This document shows, piece by piece, positions 1 through 11,672 of a stretch of DNA of 64,000 nucleotides. The DNA is taken from positions 39,930,001-39,994,000 of the forward strand of contig NC_087447.1 of the NCBI RefSeq assembly GCF_036321535.1, read 5' to 3'. The position numbers and the translations under genes were made by a program. The DNA is from Camelus dromedarius. Lineage: Eukaryota. The notes below the pieces were generated by a model. It searched no databases. It was not told the origin of the DNA and worked only from the letters and a program-made list of their open reading frames with translations. Each line of letters starts with the position of its first letter. Position 1 is the first letter of the stretch.

Positions 1-492
1 TGGGATAGCTGTTGAAATGTACGAAGTATTATTTGACATCTACTGATAGATTCAGTTTCGTTACTAAAACTTATATGAATACTCTACCACTTTTCATAAA
101 ATTGATAATGTATAAACATGAAAAAAAAATTCAAGCTGTGAAAATTAAGTCCCTGCTTCCCATTGTAGTCCCAAGTTCCCTAGTTCCATTCTATAGAGTT
201 TACTGTGACTTACCAGAGACATTCTCTACATGCTCAAGCATTAGATGTGTCTCTTAATGCACACACAGGACACACATATACACACAATTCTGCACCCAAC
301 TTTTTTTTACTTAGTAAGACATTTGAGAGAGCATCTCTACTACTTATAAATAAAAGAACAATAAAAAGACTTTTATCCAACTTCTGAGTCTTTCAGAGAC
401 CAGAAAACCCCTCATCCAGAATAAGAATAGCATTATACATTATCTTCAACTAGCCGAGAATCAATGACTATTCCAGCAGCAAGGCTTTAGAG

Positions 493-690
493 CAGCGCTT
501 TAAAGTCCAAAAGAACTTTCTGCTATGATGGAAATGCTCATTTCCACAGAAACCAGTATGGCAGCCACCAGACACGTTTGGCTAGGGAGCACCTGAAGTG
601 TGGCTGGTGTGACCAAGTAAATGAATTTTTAATTTCGGTTACTTTTAATAGCTACATGTGGTTAGTGGGCACTGTATCGGACAGCTCAGC
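493..690 (+). mobile_element. MER3-like hAT-Charlie MITE
   Basis: cagcgct...gtccaaaagaactttctgctatgatggaaatg...gtggctggtgtgacc...tagctacatgtggttagtggg...ggacagctcag follows the MER3 consensus layout. Confidence 0.8.
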
Positions 691-1234
691 TGTAAGGTTG
701 TACAAGCCATTGTCCTGGTTTTACAGAAGAGTGACCTGAACTGCCAAGAAATATTTTAGTGGCGGAACCAAGATTGGTACTCAGATCTCCTATCTTTCCC
801 TTCATTTCTCTTTCAATTTTAGCATAGCTGCTACTTCAGCCTGGTACTACTTTGGGTGTGGGGCAGCTACTCTCAAACTCTTCAAGCTGCTGCTCCTCCT
901 GGAATTCATGGAGTCATCCCCATCTAATATCCACCTGAGAGTTAGCCTCGTGTACTTTAGCTGCTCATTCCCTACATCACTAGTTCTCATAAAGCTTTTC
1001 CCCGACTATACTGCTGCTCCTCTAGTTTGACGGAATCATTATTTCACAAAGAGATGCTTTGCTGGAGTTTCCTCTACTTCTTCTAAGCAACCCTCCTGTG
1101 CTCCTAGGTCGTCATCTTAAAGCTCCATTTCTGATCATGTCAATTTGCTCACAAGCCATCAGCAGTTACCCTTGCCCACCGAATGAAGTCTAAAATTCTT
1201 AATCCTTTATAATGCAAACTCATCATCTTTCTTT

Positions 1235-2205
1235 AAACAAATTTTTCATTTTAGAATGTTTTTCAGACTTATAGGAAAGCTGAAATGGCAGTTCAGATGG
1301 TTCCTACATACTCTAAATCCAGGTTCACCTCTTGTTAACATCTTACATTAATTACTATGGTGCATTTGTCAAAACTAATGAACTGACAGTGGCACATGAC
1401 TAGTCACTAAACTCCATATTTTATTTGGGTTTCACTAATTTTTCCCTAATGTCCTTTTTCTACTCACACCTACTCATCACTATCCCCCTCCGTTCTATGA
1501 TCATTTTTTAGAGATTCCTGGTTTTTCATGACCTTGACAGTTTCGAGGAGTCCTGGGTTTTTCCTATTTTTTTTTTAATGGTTAGACTGGGGACTCTGGG
1601 GAGGAAGATCACAGAAGTGAAGTGCCCTTTTCATCACATCCTATCAACATGACTTATCGTTGGTGATGCTAACTTTGATTTGGACAAATTAGTGTCTATA
1701 CCAGGTTCCTCCACTGTAAGGCTATTTGCGTGTCCTCCCCCTCCCCCAGCTCCATACCCTAATTATTGGAAGCCAGTCACTAAATCTAGTCTACTCAAGG
1801 GGTGGGGAGTTAACCTCTACATCCTTGAAGGAGTTGTAAATTCGTAACTTATTTGGAACTATTCTGTGAGGAAGAATTGTCCCTTTTCCCTCATTTAATC
1901 AGCTATTTTTATTGATATTAATGTGGATTTAAGGATATTTATTTTAGACTTTGGGTTATAATCCAGTATTACTTTTTTCCTCAAGTTGTCCCACCTTTAG
2001 CCACTGGGAGCTCTTTCAGATGGTCCTGAGCACATTCAACATGCTGCCCCACAGGTCTATTTTTTTTCCCTTGGCACCTCTTTTTGGCACCACAAGACAC
2101 TCCAGGCTCATCTTCTGTATGCCCTGCTCCAGTCCTAGAGTCTGCTACTACCTGATACTCCAGAAGCCCTGGTTTCTATTATTGGAGACCGGTGCTAGGT
2201 CCCAG
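1235..2205 (-). mobile_element. old L1 (L1MC/L1MD-type) 3' UTR fragment
   Basis: Reverse complement resembles 4520-5640 and 21950-22928 (ttgggttataatccagtattact; catgaccttgacagtttcgagg). Confidence 0.75.
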
Positions 2206-2646
2206 CTTCTTTCTTAGCTACAGACTCCATTCAACCAATCCTGACCATCACCTACCCATGTTCTCCTGTCTCTATGACCCTCTTCCTCCACTCACACCAA
2301 AATCAACAGGGCTTTGCTGGCAACGTTTTTGACTAGAGTGTTGTTCTCCTTCATCTGGTTGAAATTCTGCTCCTTCCAGAAGGCCCGAATCAAAACACCT
2401 CCTCTTTCATGATGCCTTTCCAAAACTCTAACTTGACAGCCCACAGCCCAAAACTCTTAACTCGACAACCCCTTCATGATACCAGGCTGTGAGTTACCTG
2501 AAGGTGGCACTGTGACGTACTGACTTCTACATCCCTAAACTCAGCTGTAGTATTTGGCAAATCAAATAGTTGTTGCTTGATGAATATTGATTGACTAGAT
2601 TAAGGTCAGTATAAGATGTACTCTTTAGCATCTACCAGGAAAAAAC

Positions 2647-2666
2647 CACACACACACACACACACA
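2647..2666. repeat. (CA)n microsatellite
   Basis: About 10 CA units seen directly. Confidence 0.9.
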
Positions 2667-4519
2667 TAACCCAACACAAAACAAAACATCCTCCTGTCGA
2701 ACCTTTAATGCCCCAGGTACCCTTCTTGGTCTCATGCCTGGAGAAGATACCCTGTTTGAGTCATAAGCTATTGAAAAACCAGAAGGAAAAGCCTTATGAC
2801 TTTTCATCCCTCAAAACAGTCCTTTTCTGTTCCTAGTTACATGCACATGTGCAAAGATAAGGATCAGGGGAATCAAACATACCATAAGGAAATGTGCAGA
2901 GCTGTCCCAAGTCAGGAAACCTCAATAGGAAACAGGCAGCAGCCCATGGTCAAATGAAAAGATGATCTGGTGTAAGCATTTCCCTAGACCCCGTCGCCTC
3001 CTGCCTTTCTCACTCAGTCACGTCTATCGCCTGGGTGTTGGGGATGTGAATGTAGCAAGGGGACCACGGACGCACCTGCATACTGAGACACTGGGAAATG
3101 TGTCCCAACTTTGGACCACTCAGAGACTGTATTATTTGTGCCCTGGGTATGAGTATACCCAGGGGGACTGAGGATGCTGCCTCCACCGATCACCCTGAGG
3201 AGAGGCCGATCCTGGGATCAGAAATGAGATGAACTTTTGGCATGGAGTAAGGGGGAACTTCTTCATTCTGAGGGGTGGGAAGCTTTTGTTCTGAGGTGTG
3301 GAAATGGCTGTGAAAGGATGGGGAATTGGTGTCATAAAGAGGAAGGCCAGAGTGGCTAGTATCTGACTTTTCCCAGGCAGTGACGCCAGTGGTACAGAGA
3401 AACGGCCTGTATTGGGAGGAGGAGCCCTTACAGTATGATGCTGACGCTCCTTCCCGGAGCCCCTTGGCCCACCTGCGTTCACCTGCAGCTGCAGGCGGCT
3501 CTCAGCACACCGGTGGGGCCCATCTCTGGCCCTGAAGCTTTCTCCTTCTCCACCAGGAGTACAATCCAGAGGTTCTTAATTCCTACACAATCCTCAACCA
3601 CAGGGTGATGAGAGCCATAGGATAAATGCCCCTGACTCCCCGTCCCGGGGAGGGTGATTCTGAGGTGTGGTGTCACCTGGTTTCTCAGACGGACCCCTGC
3701 AGCACTGAGCCCTGGTCGCAAACAGAGCTGTCACCCTTATTAATACACACTGGACAGCATTTCTCTCCTACACTCCTTACTTGATGTTTTGTACTTTCTA
3801 AGATCACCTCTCATGTAAAGTTCCTCCACCCAAGTCCTTGTTTCAGTACCTACTTCCAGGAAAACCTCAACTCAGATCTGTTGCCAGGCAAGAGGGAAGA
3901 CACAGAGCACGGAGGCAGCAGTGGGCAGCTGGGTTAGGCAGCTCGGAGAGAAGGACCTGGGGGAGGCTGTGCCAGAATAACCCCCCAGACATGCCTAGGG
4001 ACCCTGAGCAGGGCAAGCAGACCAGACTTTGAGGCTGAGCAAGTAGCATCTGGCCACACCAGGCATGACGTCCCCTCTCAGAGCCCATTATTAGAGAAGA
4101 CCCAGCCAGACAGTTCACCTGTCACCTCTTCAGAATTTCATCGTAACAATAACACACGCAACCTTCTGCCGGGAGATCCCTCCCTCAGCATCTTGTTCAT
4201 CTGTGGGTTGAGTCCCTGCTCCACGGTGTCACCAGAATGGCTTCCTGGAATCCAGATCCATATCCTGTCCTCACGCTGGCACATCTGGACTCCTGGAGGT
4301 CCCTATGCCACTTTTTTCTTTTTTCAAGTGCCAGTATTTCATAGTTAAGTTTCCTAGTCCCAAACTCAGCCCCTTCCTACTCTCCATGATCAACTCCAGC
4401 ACAATTTGAAGCTGAATTTGTGGAAATGATCATACCTGATTCACCTTGGTACCACCCCTGCACATAGATGTTTATTTGTGCAACAGGTAGCAAGTTAAAA
4501 ACACAAAGTAAAATGCCCA

Positions 4520-5640
4520 GATACTAATTTCTAAACATCATTCTCTAATAAAAGAGCCTGGGGCTCCTTGGAGAGGTAGTTGATTCCAGGGCCAAAGTAA
4601 AAGTGAAACAGAAGATGAGCCTGGAGCATCTTATGATATTAGAAAGTAAGGAAATGCTAAGAAAAAATACGGGGCAGCATGTTCAGGAAGTGCCCGGGAG
4701 CCAACCTGAAGGAGCGCCCAGTGGTCGAGGCTGGAGGTGTATGAACAAGACATGAAGGATGACAGCACCGGATTATAACCCAAAGTATGAAGTGAGTATC
4801 CTTGCACTCGTATTGACATAAATTAACACTGAATTAATAAGTAGGTGGGAAACAAAGGACAACTTTTCCTTACAGAAGACTTCCAACTCATGAATGCGGA
4901 GGGAACAGGAAAACAGAAAAACAGAAAACCTCCACTAGGCCACCACAGTGACAACTGCGGCAGACACGCTCCGCCGATTGCAGTTAGTGGGAGGAGTGCA
5001 AGGAGAAACAAGGCGTTCGCGGTCTTAAAGTATCTCCCTGCAAATATATTAATTACAAGAGAAAAACAGTCACTTTACAGTGAAAAAATCTGGCCGACAC
5101 CACCTTAACCAAACGGTCAAGGTGACCACCAGCAGTGACAATTCATGCTGACATCATCATGTCCTCCCTGAAAGGACACACTGAGCAGGACACTCCACTT
5201 CCGTGGTGTCCTTCCCCGAAACACATAGCCGCAATCTAATCGTGAGGAAACATCAGACAAACCTAAACTGGGGGCCATTCTGCAAAATAACCAACCAGTC
5301 CTCTCCAAAACCCCAAGGTCATGAAAGACAAGAAAGACTGTCCCAGATGGGAGGAGACTCAGGAGATGTGACAACTGAATGTCATGGGGGATCCTGGATT
5401 ACCTCCTAGAACCAAAAGAGGACATGAAAGTAAAAACTGGTGAAATCCAAAAAAATTCTGTGATTTAGCTAAGCATTGTGTCCTGAAGATAATTTCTTGG
5501 TTTCAATGCCTGTCCCATGGTTGGTAAGATGTTACCACGAGAGGAAGCTGAGTGAAGGGAAACAGAAACTCCCTGGGCTGTCTCTGCAAGTCCACTAGAC
5601 GTCTAAAGCCAGTTCAAAATAAAAAAGCTTTAAAGAAACA
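4520..5640 (+). mobile_element. old L1 (L1MC/L1MD-type) 3' UTR fragment
   Basis: Shares ggattataacccaaag, aaacatcagacaaa and caaggtcat motifs with 22000-22928; ends in an A-rich tail (aaaataaaaaag). Confidence 0.75.
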
Positions 5641-5959
5641 GTGACGAATGGGCCATGAGTTTGTTTAAGTGTTAAGACAAATCATGAAATATAAAGAAGA
5701 TCGGGAAGAACTCCGTTGAGTGTTCTCAAGGCAGGAGACAGCGTAACCTGCAGCAAAGGACGTCACAGCCAGGGAAGCCAAGGGAAGCGACGAGGCTCTG
5801 AGCTCCGGGGGCAGCAGAGGGGCTGGAAGAGAGTGGTGAAGCCCCCCTTGCCCAGCACCCAGCAAGCCAGTCACTTTTCTCAGTGCTGCACGTGTACTAA
5901 TGGGATGGGTTTGACACAGACAGACACGCATTTGTGGGAATAAGGTTGCAAGAATTGTG

Positions 5960-6610
5960 ACTAACAGTGCGGGAAGAAGAGGGAGCAAACCAGGATGACG
6001 CCCAGGTTTCTAATCTGTGGTGGTAACACGACTTATCAAGGTGGAAAACGGAATGGGTTTGGTGTTGAAGAGGACTATTAGCTCAGTCTGGGGCAGGGTG
6101 GATACAAGGTGACTATGTGACATCCAGGTGGGCATGTTTGGAGGGCAGTTAAAAGATAACTTTACTTACAATTTCAAAGAGAAAGCCGTTGCAGAGATGT
6201 AGATCTGAGGGTGATGATCATATAGATGACGGCTGAAATCGTAGGAGGAGATGAAACCCCCCAGGAAGAGGGTATGGAAGAAAGAGGAGGGCCAGGGGTG
6301 GAAGACGGAAGAACCCCAGCCGTTACGGAAAGAATGTGTGAGGAGGACTGAGAAGTGGGCGTCAGAGGTGCAAGAGAACCAGGGAAGCGAGAAACCTCCA
6401 GGCCGGGGAGGGGGAAGGGATGTTTAGTAGTGTCAAATGCCACAGCACCGGAGGAGGTCTGAGCTGACACTGGTGACCTGGGGAGGAAAAGTTGATGGAG
6501 AGATGGTGGCACCCAGCCCGTACCTCGGCAGGGAATGATTAGTGGTGGGGAAGCAGATAGAGGGAGTGCCAAACATTCTTTTGAGAAACTTGGTTGGAAA
6601 GAAGAAAGAA
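5960..6610 (-). mobile_element. L2 LINE fragment
   Basis: Purine-rich L2 antisense signature (ggatgacgcccaggtttct, gacatccaggtggg, agatgtagatctgagggt, tagtgtcaaatgccacag). Confidence 0.6.
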
Positions 6611-7249
6611 AAATAGCTGGAGGGGAACTCGAGGTCGGGGGGGGGGGTCACCCAAAACTCTAGCTCCAGACCGACTCCTTCTCCTGGGGGCACCCGATGC
6701 GTGTTTTTAACTGCAAACCCGCTCTCTCCACTGGGCACCCTGCCTGGGGCTTTTGAATGTGTCTGTCTAGCCCTAGACCCACAAAGGACCCAAACTTGAG
6801 TTGACAGAAGCAGCAGCACCTCTGTTGTGAATCACCTCTTCAACATGAAGTTGAGATCTGAAATGATCTAATCTGACTCTGCACTGGGTGCCTGACTCGG
6901 GGCCGCACGGATGTGATGCTGGAAGGTTTTGTAACCATTCCCGGAGGCAAGATTGCTTCACAACCACGTTCCATTGCTCCACAGCCATGTTCCACCCTTG
7001 CTTTGAAAGCCCAGCATGGAACAATTTGAGACAGTCTCAGAGCCTGCTTAGAAATTTGCTGGTGGAGTTAAAAGCTACAGTCACTAAGAAAGATGCTCAG
7101 TGGGGCTCATGGCTCTTCCATCTCCGCCTGTCTCATTTCCGCTCCATGTTCAGTTGCATTTACAAGCCTTTAAATATTAACACTCATTAATATTGATGCT
7201 TGAATACCAAATCAGCTTAGCTTCCTAGAAATGACTAGATTTTATATTA

Positions 7250-8140
7250 TTCATTCATTCATTCAATATACATTGACTACATGCTCAGCAACACGTGTTA
7301 ATACTGGAGAAGACTGGATAAATAAATACAGCATGGTTCCTGCCCTTGAGAAGCTCACACACGCTTATATAAACAGCAGCAAACAACATAAAATGTCTTA
7401 TAATAATAAAGGCATGCATATTATATGTGTGTCTATATGACAACAGCATATTATATATATGCATCTCTATAATAAAGGCACATATGTTCTGTATATGAGT
7501 GTGTGTATCTATATGCAAGGAAACAAAGAAGAACGCGGGACTGTCTCTCCCAGATGTGACTGTGTTGTGAGGGCTGTGAGAGGGAGGCACATTCAGTTGA
7601 CTCTAGAAGATGGAAGGATGGGTGGTAATGGTTTGCCCTGGTGGATGAAGGAGGAAGAAGGGCCTCAGAGGCAGAAGGAATAGCAAGGGTGAAAGTAGAG
7701 AGGTGTGTGTAGTCATGTGGCGACAGCATTCGTAAACAATAAATCACCAACAATGGAAATGAATGACGAAGGACACTGACCAGCAAGCACTGTGCGTCAG
7801 GCACTATTCTAAACCTTCCACATAACATGAGCCACCTGTCTGCGTGGCCGGAGGTGAGGCTGGCCAGACAGCTGGGGGTCAGAGGATGAAAGGTCTTGAA
7901 TGCGGTGCTAACGCGCTGGAACTTTGTCCACAGGTAGGGGAGAGAGTCCTGGGGGGATTAGATTTGCGATTTAGAACATTCCTCCACTAGCTGTGTGGGG
8001 AATGGGTTGGGGGAGATGAGATGGGAGGCAGAGGTGAGTCTGGAAATTGTTCTGACAGTTCAGACAAGTGAACGTGGCAGTAGGATGGATGCAGGACAGA
8101 ATTCTGAGCAAGAGGAAACAGACCTTGGAGACCCCACATC
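7250..8140 (-). mobile_element. fragmented L2 3' end
   Basis: Starts tcattcattcattcaa (reverse of the L2 tail), then ggttcctgcccttgagaagctcaca and aaggtcttgaatgcggtgctaacgcgctggaacttt; interrupted by other sequence. Confidence 0.55.
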
Positions 8141-8853
8141 CCTGGGGGTAAGGAAGAGGGAGAGGGGTTCTAATCACTCAGAGGGGAAGAAACGACTTCA
8201 GGAAAGTGGATGAGCTCAACGTGAGGGGCCTAGTGGGCAGATAAGAAGGAGAGTCCAGAATGTGGGGCAGAGGTTAGGATGAGAGAAAATGGGGAACAGA
8301 GAGGAGAAGTCCAAATCCACTCTGCTAAGATCACCCCTGAAGTCTCCTTGCCCTCCCCCACAGCCTGACATGTTCACACGAACGGATGTGAACTGACACA
8401 GGGACACACACCTTTCCAGAGCCAAGACACCTAGAGACACACACAGGAGCCAAACGTCAGTCACAGAGGCACATACACTTGCACCAACCTAGAGATATAC
8501 ACACAGGGCCATAGATCACAGAGGTACACACACATGCACACACACGTACACATGTCCGCAGGTGACAGAGGTATACGGATGCATACATGCACCTCCACAC
8601 ACATAAATATCCCTACAGAGGCCACAGGTGCACAGGTTTCTGGAGAGGGTGAGGCGGAGCAGCCCCACCTGGCCATGGAGACTCCCTAGGCAATTCATTT
8701 ATGAGACTCCAAGAGGACATCTGACGGCCCTACTCGTCTGTTGCCTGACATGCTACGCATTCTATCCCATCCCAGGTGAACTGCTGTGAACGGAAAACAG
8801 TTCCAAACTAGGAGACCGAAGACATCCACTGTGCCATTCAACTCGCCTCTTAC

Positions 8854-8956
8854 CAAAAAGCTTCTGCAGGACTTGGCCATCGTATAAGTCTTCAGCCAGG
8901 TCTTTCACAATGATTCTTTCTCCGACCAAAACATCGTTAATCCAGTCAATTAATAC
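8854..8956 (-). CDS. PARVA: alpha-parvin coding exon (exon 4), 103 nt, phase 0-1, start of calponin-homology domain 1
   Basis: Minus strand (ct)10gtag|GTA TTA ATT GAC TGG ATT AAC GAT...CAG AAG CTT TTT G|gtaaga = VLIDWINDVLVGERIIVKDLAEDLYDGQVLQKLF, the parvin CH1 N-terminus. Missed by the ORF track because it is short. Confidence 0.97.
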
Positions 8957-8960
8957 CTAC

Positions 8961-8980
8961 AGAGAGAGAGAGAGAGAGAG
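8961..8980. repeat. (AG)10 microsatellite = (CT)10 polypyrimidine tract of the PARVA exon 4 acceptor
   Basis: Ten AG units ending 4 nt from the exon boundary. Confidence 0.95.
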
Positions 8981-9254
8981 AATAAGAGTCACGGGGTACT
9001 TTCTTATAGACCAGCTTTCTCATTCTGGACAATGACAACGTAAATGAACCTCAGATTCTGAAAAGAGCAGAACTGTCCACGTGACCCCATACGTGGACAA
9101 GCAGCCGTGAGTGTGAGCCCCAGTGGCTGTTAACTTTCAGGTGACAGCCCTTCTAGTGCTGGTGGCACCAGTGTCCCTGCTAATATCTTCTGGCCCCTAC
9201 CATTCCCTACCCCAGTGGTAAGCAAATTCACACAGTGTTTGGCTGTGTGGCTTT

Positions 9255-9510
9255 GTACTGGGCAAGAGTATGGTCTTTGGAGTTAATGCAAACTGGGGTT
9301 GAAACCACTGCTTTACCTACTAACTTATTCATCCATCTCTGGGTTCTATGGACGTGTGTGTGTTTGTGCCTCTGTGACCCATGAATCTAAGGCAAGCTCT
9401 GAGCCTCTGATTCCTTATCTCTAAAATTGATGAAAATACCTCTCACATTAAGTGTCAGAAAAGAATTACATGTGGCAAGGACCAAGCGCGCAATAAACGC
9501 ACATTTTATT
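9255..9510 (+). mobile_element. MIR SINE (interrupted)
   Basis: ggtctttggagttaatgcaaactggggttgaaacc...ctctgagcctctgattccttatctctaaaatt resembles the MIR core. Confidence 0.55.
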
Positions 9511-10179
9511 CATCAGTTATGCACTCTCCCATTATGATGTCTGGCCAGGTGGTTACTGCCACCAATATGTTGAGGAGGAGAAATCAAACACAGAAGGAAC
9601 CATATCTGCCCACGGTCACAGAGCTAACTGTGGGCAGAGACAGGAATCGGACTCTCGTGCACTGTTCTGCAAAGCATGCGTCCTCCTCCCTGCGCCAGGC
9701 TCTGTGTCAGTGGGGCCAGAGTCTCCTCTCCCACCCGTATCGCTCCCTGAGAGCCCTCCGTGCATCAGGCGTCCAGCAGCGGCGTGTCAGGTGACGTCCC
9801 ACTCGGTGAATCCACACAACCCCCCGAGAGGCAAGTAGCACCAGTTTCATTTTTCAGGCAAGGAAACTGAAGCTTGCACAGGGTCACTGCCTTTTTCAGT
9901 TTTTACTTCTTTTCCATTTATGAGGATACTATAATCAAGATACAGGAGCGTTCCCTCATCCTAAGGAGGTTCCTCGGGCTCTCTGCGCTCAGCCCCTCCC
10001 CTTAGCACGGGCCGCAGGCAACCACTGCAGTTCTGCCTTTTCAGCCATTTTATTTGAATGGATTTTGTGTTTGACTTCTGTGACTTGGCGTAAGTAGACG
10101 GCCTTGACAGCACAGGCAGGAGCTGGGTGGAGTCGGGGGCCTTGGCAGCACATCGCTCTACTGTCCTAAGGCAGAAGCT

Positions 10180-10260
10180 TCCTCCCTCCCCTCTGCTCCC
10201 CTCTCCTTCCCCTTCCCGTTCCTTCTCTCCTCTCCCCTCCCTCCCTCTTTCTCCTTCATC
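10180..10260. repeat. CT-rich low-complexity polypyrimidine tract
   Basis: About 80 nt almost entirely C/T. Confidence 0.85.
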
Positions 10261-10850
10261 CATCCATCATCCACCCACCTAGCATTTATTAATACACGTT
10301 ATATGCCACACTCTCTGCTGGACCTTGGGGGTGCAGTGATGAAAAAAAGAGACAATTTTTAATCCCCAGAGGCTCGCCATGTAGTGGCGGAGACAGAGAT
10401 GTATACAAGTAGGTGTAATGTCATGTGGTGACTGCAAGGACAGAATTAAATCCAAGAACCACAGCAGCACACAGAGGGGAGAGCTACAGCCCTGGGGCTT
10501 AGAGAAGGATTCCTGGAGGACGTGGCCTGGCTGTGGCTGCAGGTGAAGAGTGGGTAGAGCATCTGGGCAGAGGGACCGCACGAACAAAGGCCTGGTGGTG
10601 GGGCATGCTGGAAGTGATCGCAGAGTGTGGGTGTGTTCAGGGGGCCACCACCAGCAGGTCCGGTGTCCTGTGTGGCCAGGCAGGGACGATCTGGGGTTGG
10701 AGAGGCAGCTAGAGCATGGAGAGTCCCAAACCACCCCCAGGAGCGTAGGCCTCAACCTGCAGTTCATAGGAAATGACACATAGGTTTTGAGCAGAAAAAT
10801 GATATATTCAGATTAGCATTTTAAATGAATCACTCTGGCATCCAGTGCTT
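10260..10850 (-). mobile_element. L2 LINE 3' fragment
   Basis: agcatttattaatacacgttatatgccacactct...ggttttgagcagaaaaatgatatattcagattagcattttaaatgaatcactctggc is typical antisense L2. Confidence 0.7.
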
Positions 10851-10929
10851 TTTGTCCTGTTTTTTAAGTGCAGCTTGGACAAGCTGAAGAAGAACACAGG
10901 ACAGTGAATCAGAAGGGGGATGAAATGAA

Positions 10930-11200
10930 CATTGTTTGAGGGGTGACCACTTGTCAGCCACTGTGCAAAGAACATTATGCACAATATTTCACTTCCTCTC
11001 ATTTCTGTTTGAACCCCACCTCCTCCACTCTGCTGTGACCATACACAAACCACCTGCCTATTCTGACACTCGGTTTCCTCATCTGTAAAATGGGGATAAT
11101 ACTAAATCCTCCTTCACAGGATGCTTTGGAGGGTCCTTGAGAAAAGCAGTGAAAGGACTGTGTGAACTGTAAGACCCTAGCAAATGTGCGCTTACTTGCG
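10930..11200. mobile_element. two MIR fragments in opposite orientations
   Basis: ctcggtttcctcatctgtaaaatggggataatact (MIR core, +) at about 11068-11103, preceded by a minus-strand MIR tail. Confidence 0.65.
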
Positions 11201-11431
11201 CTAACTTCTCTGGCACTCATGACCAACACCATTCCCTGGGCTTTAGTCGTGCCCACTTCTGTTAAGTTTTCCATGTCCACCTCCTGGACCACAAGCTGCC
11301 TGTGGACAGGGACGGCTGGGACTTTCTATTCTCTCTGCAGGGGCTCCCGTGGTGTCTGCACATGGCGGGTGGTCTACAGACACCTGTTGAGTCTGGGAGG
11401 CACCTGAAGCCCTTTTCTGATTTCCTCTTAC

Positions 11432-11502
11432 CTTCATCAGTTCTTGAAGTTTGGGGTCACTGCGTGAGTTGGGATCCACCATCGTTCTCACTTCATTCTC
11501 CT
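11432..11502 (-). CDS. PARVA: alpha-parvin coding exon (exon 3), 71 nt, phase 1-0
   Basis: Minus strand ctttttaaag|AG GAG AAT GAA GTG AGA ACG ATG GTG GAT CCC AAC...CTG ATG AAG|gtaag = (E)ENEVRTMVDPNSRSDPKLQELMK; in frame with the flanking exons; partly visible in ORF 11243..11491. Confidence 0.97.
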
Positions 11503-11582
11503 CTTTAAAAAGAAAAGGCAGTCAGCAGGGTGGTCCCACATGAAGGAATTAGGCTAACCCAGAGAACAAGAGACCCCGTTAC
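11503..11582 (-). other. PARVA: PARVA intron 2 (80 nt GT-AG intron)
   Basis: GT at 11582-11581 and AG at 11504-11503 between two in-frame exons. Confidence 0.95.
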
Positions 11583-11672
11583 CCAGCATCGTGTCCTCAG
11601 GGTCCAGCTCGAAGGGGATGGGGCTGAGGGGCAGGTTGATGGCGTTCATGCCTTCCTCCTGAAGCTCGGACA
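11583..11672 (-). CDS. PARVA: alpha-parvin coding exon (exon 2 by human numbering), 90 nt, phase 1-1
   Basis: Minus strand reads tttcttcccgcag|TG TCC GAG CTT CAG GAG GAA GGC ATG AAC...ACG ATG CTG G|gtaac = (V)SELQEEGMNAINLPLSPIPFELDPEDTML, matching alpha-parvin as I recall it; canonical AG/GT ends. Confidence 0.97.

Larger units (their letters stand above)
1..8853 (-). other. PARVA: 5' part of PARVA intron 4 (next exon, EKLESEKLNVAEV..., not found in window)
   Basis: Donor GTAAGA at 8853; no further parvin-coding segment recognised in 1-8853. Confidence 0.75.
8957..11431 (-). other. PARVA: PARVA intron 3 (2475 nt)
   Basis: GTAAG donor starting at 11431 and TAG acceptor ending at 8957. Confidence 0.95.

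Noticed and set aside
8695..8880. 61-aa ORF MAKSCRSFLVRG...
   Set aside because: Out-of-frame overlap with the end of exon 4 plus intron; the real frame is VLIDWIND...QKLF.
11243..11491. 82-aa ORF MRTMVDPNSRSDPKLQELMKVRGNQKR... as a standalone gene
   Set aside because: It is PARVA exon 3 read through its GTAAG donor into intron 3; the tail resembles no protein I recognise.
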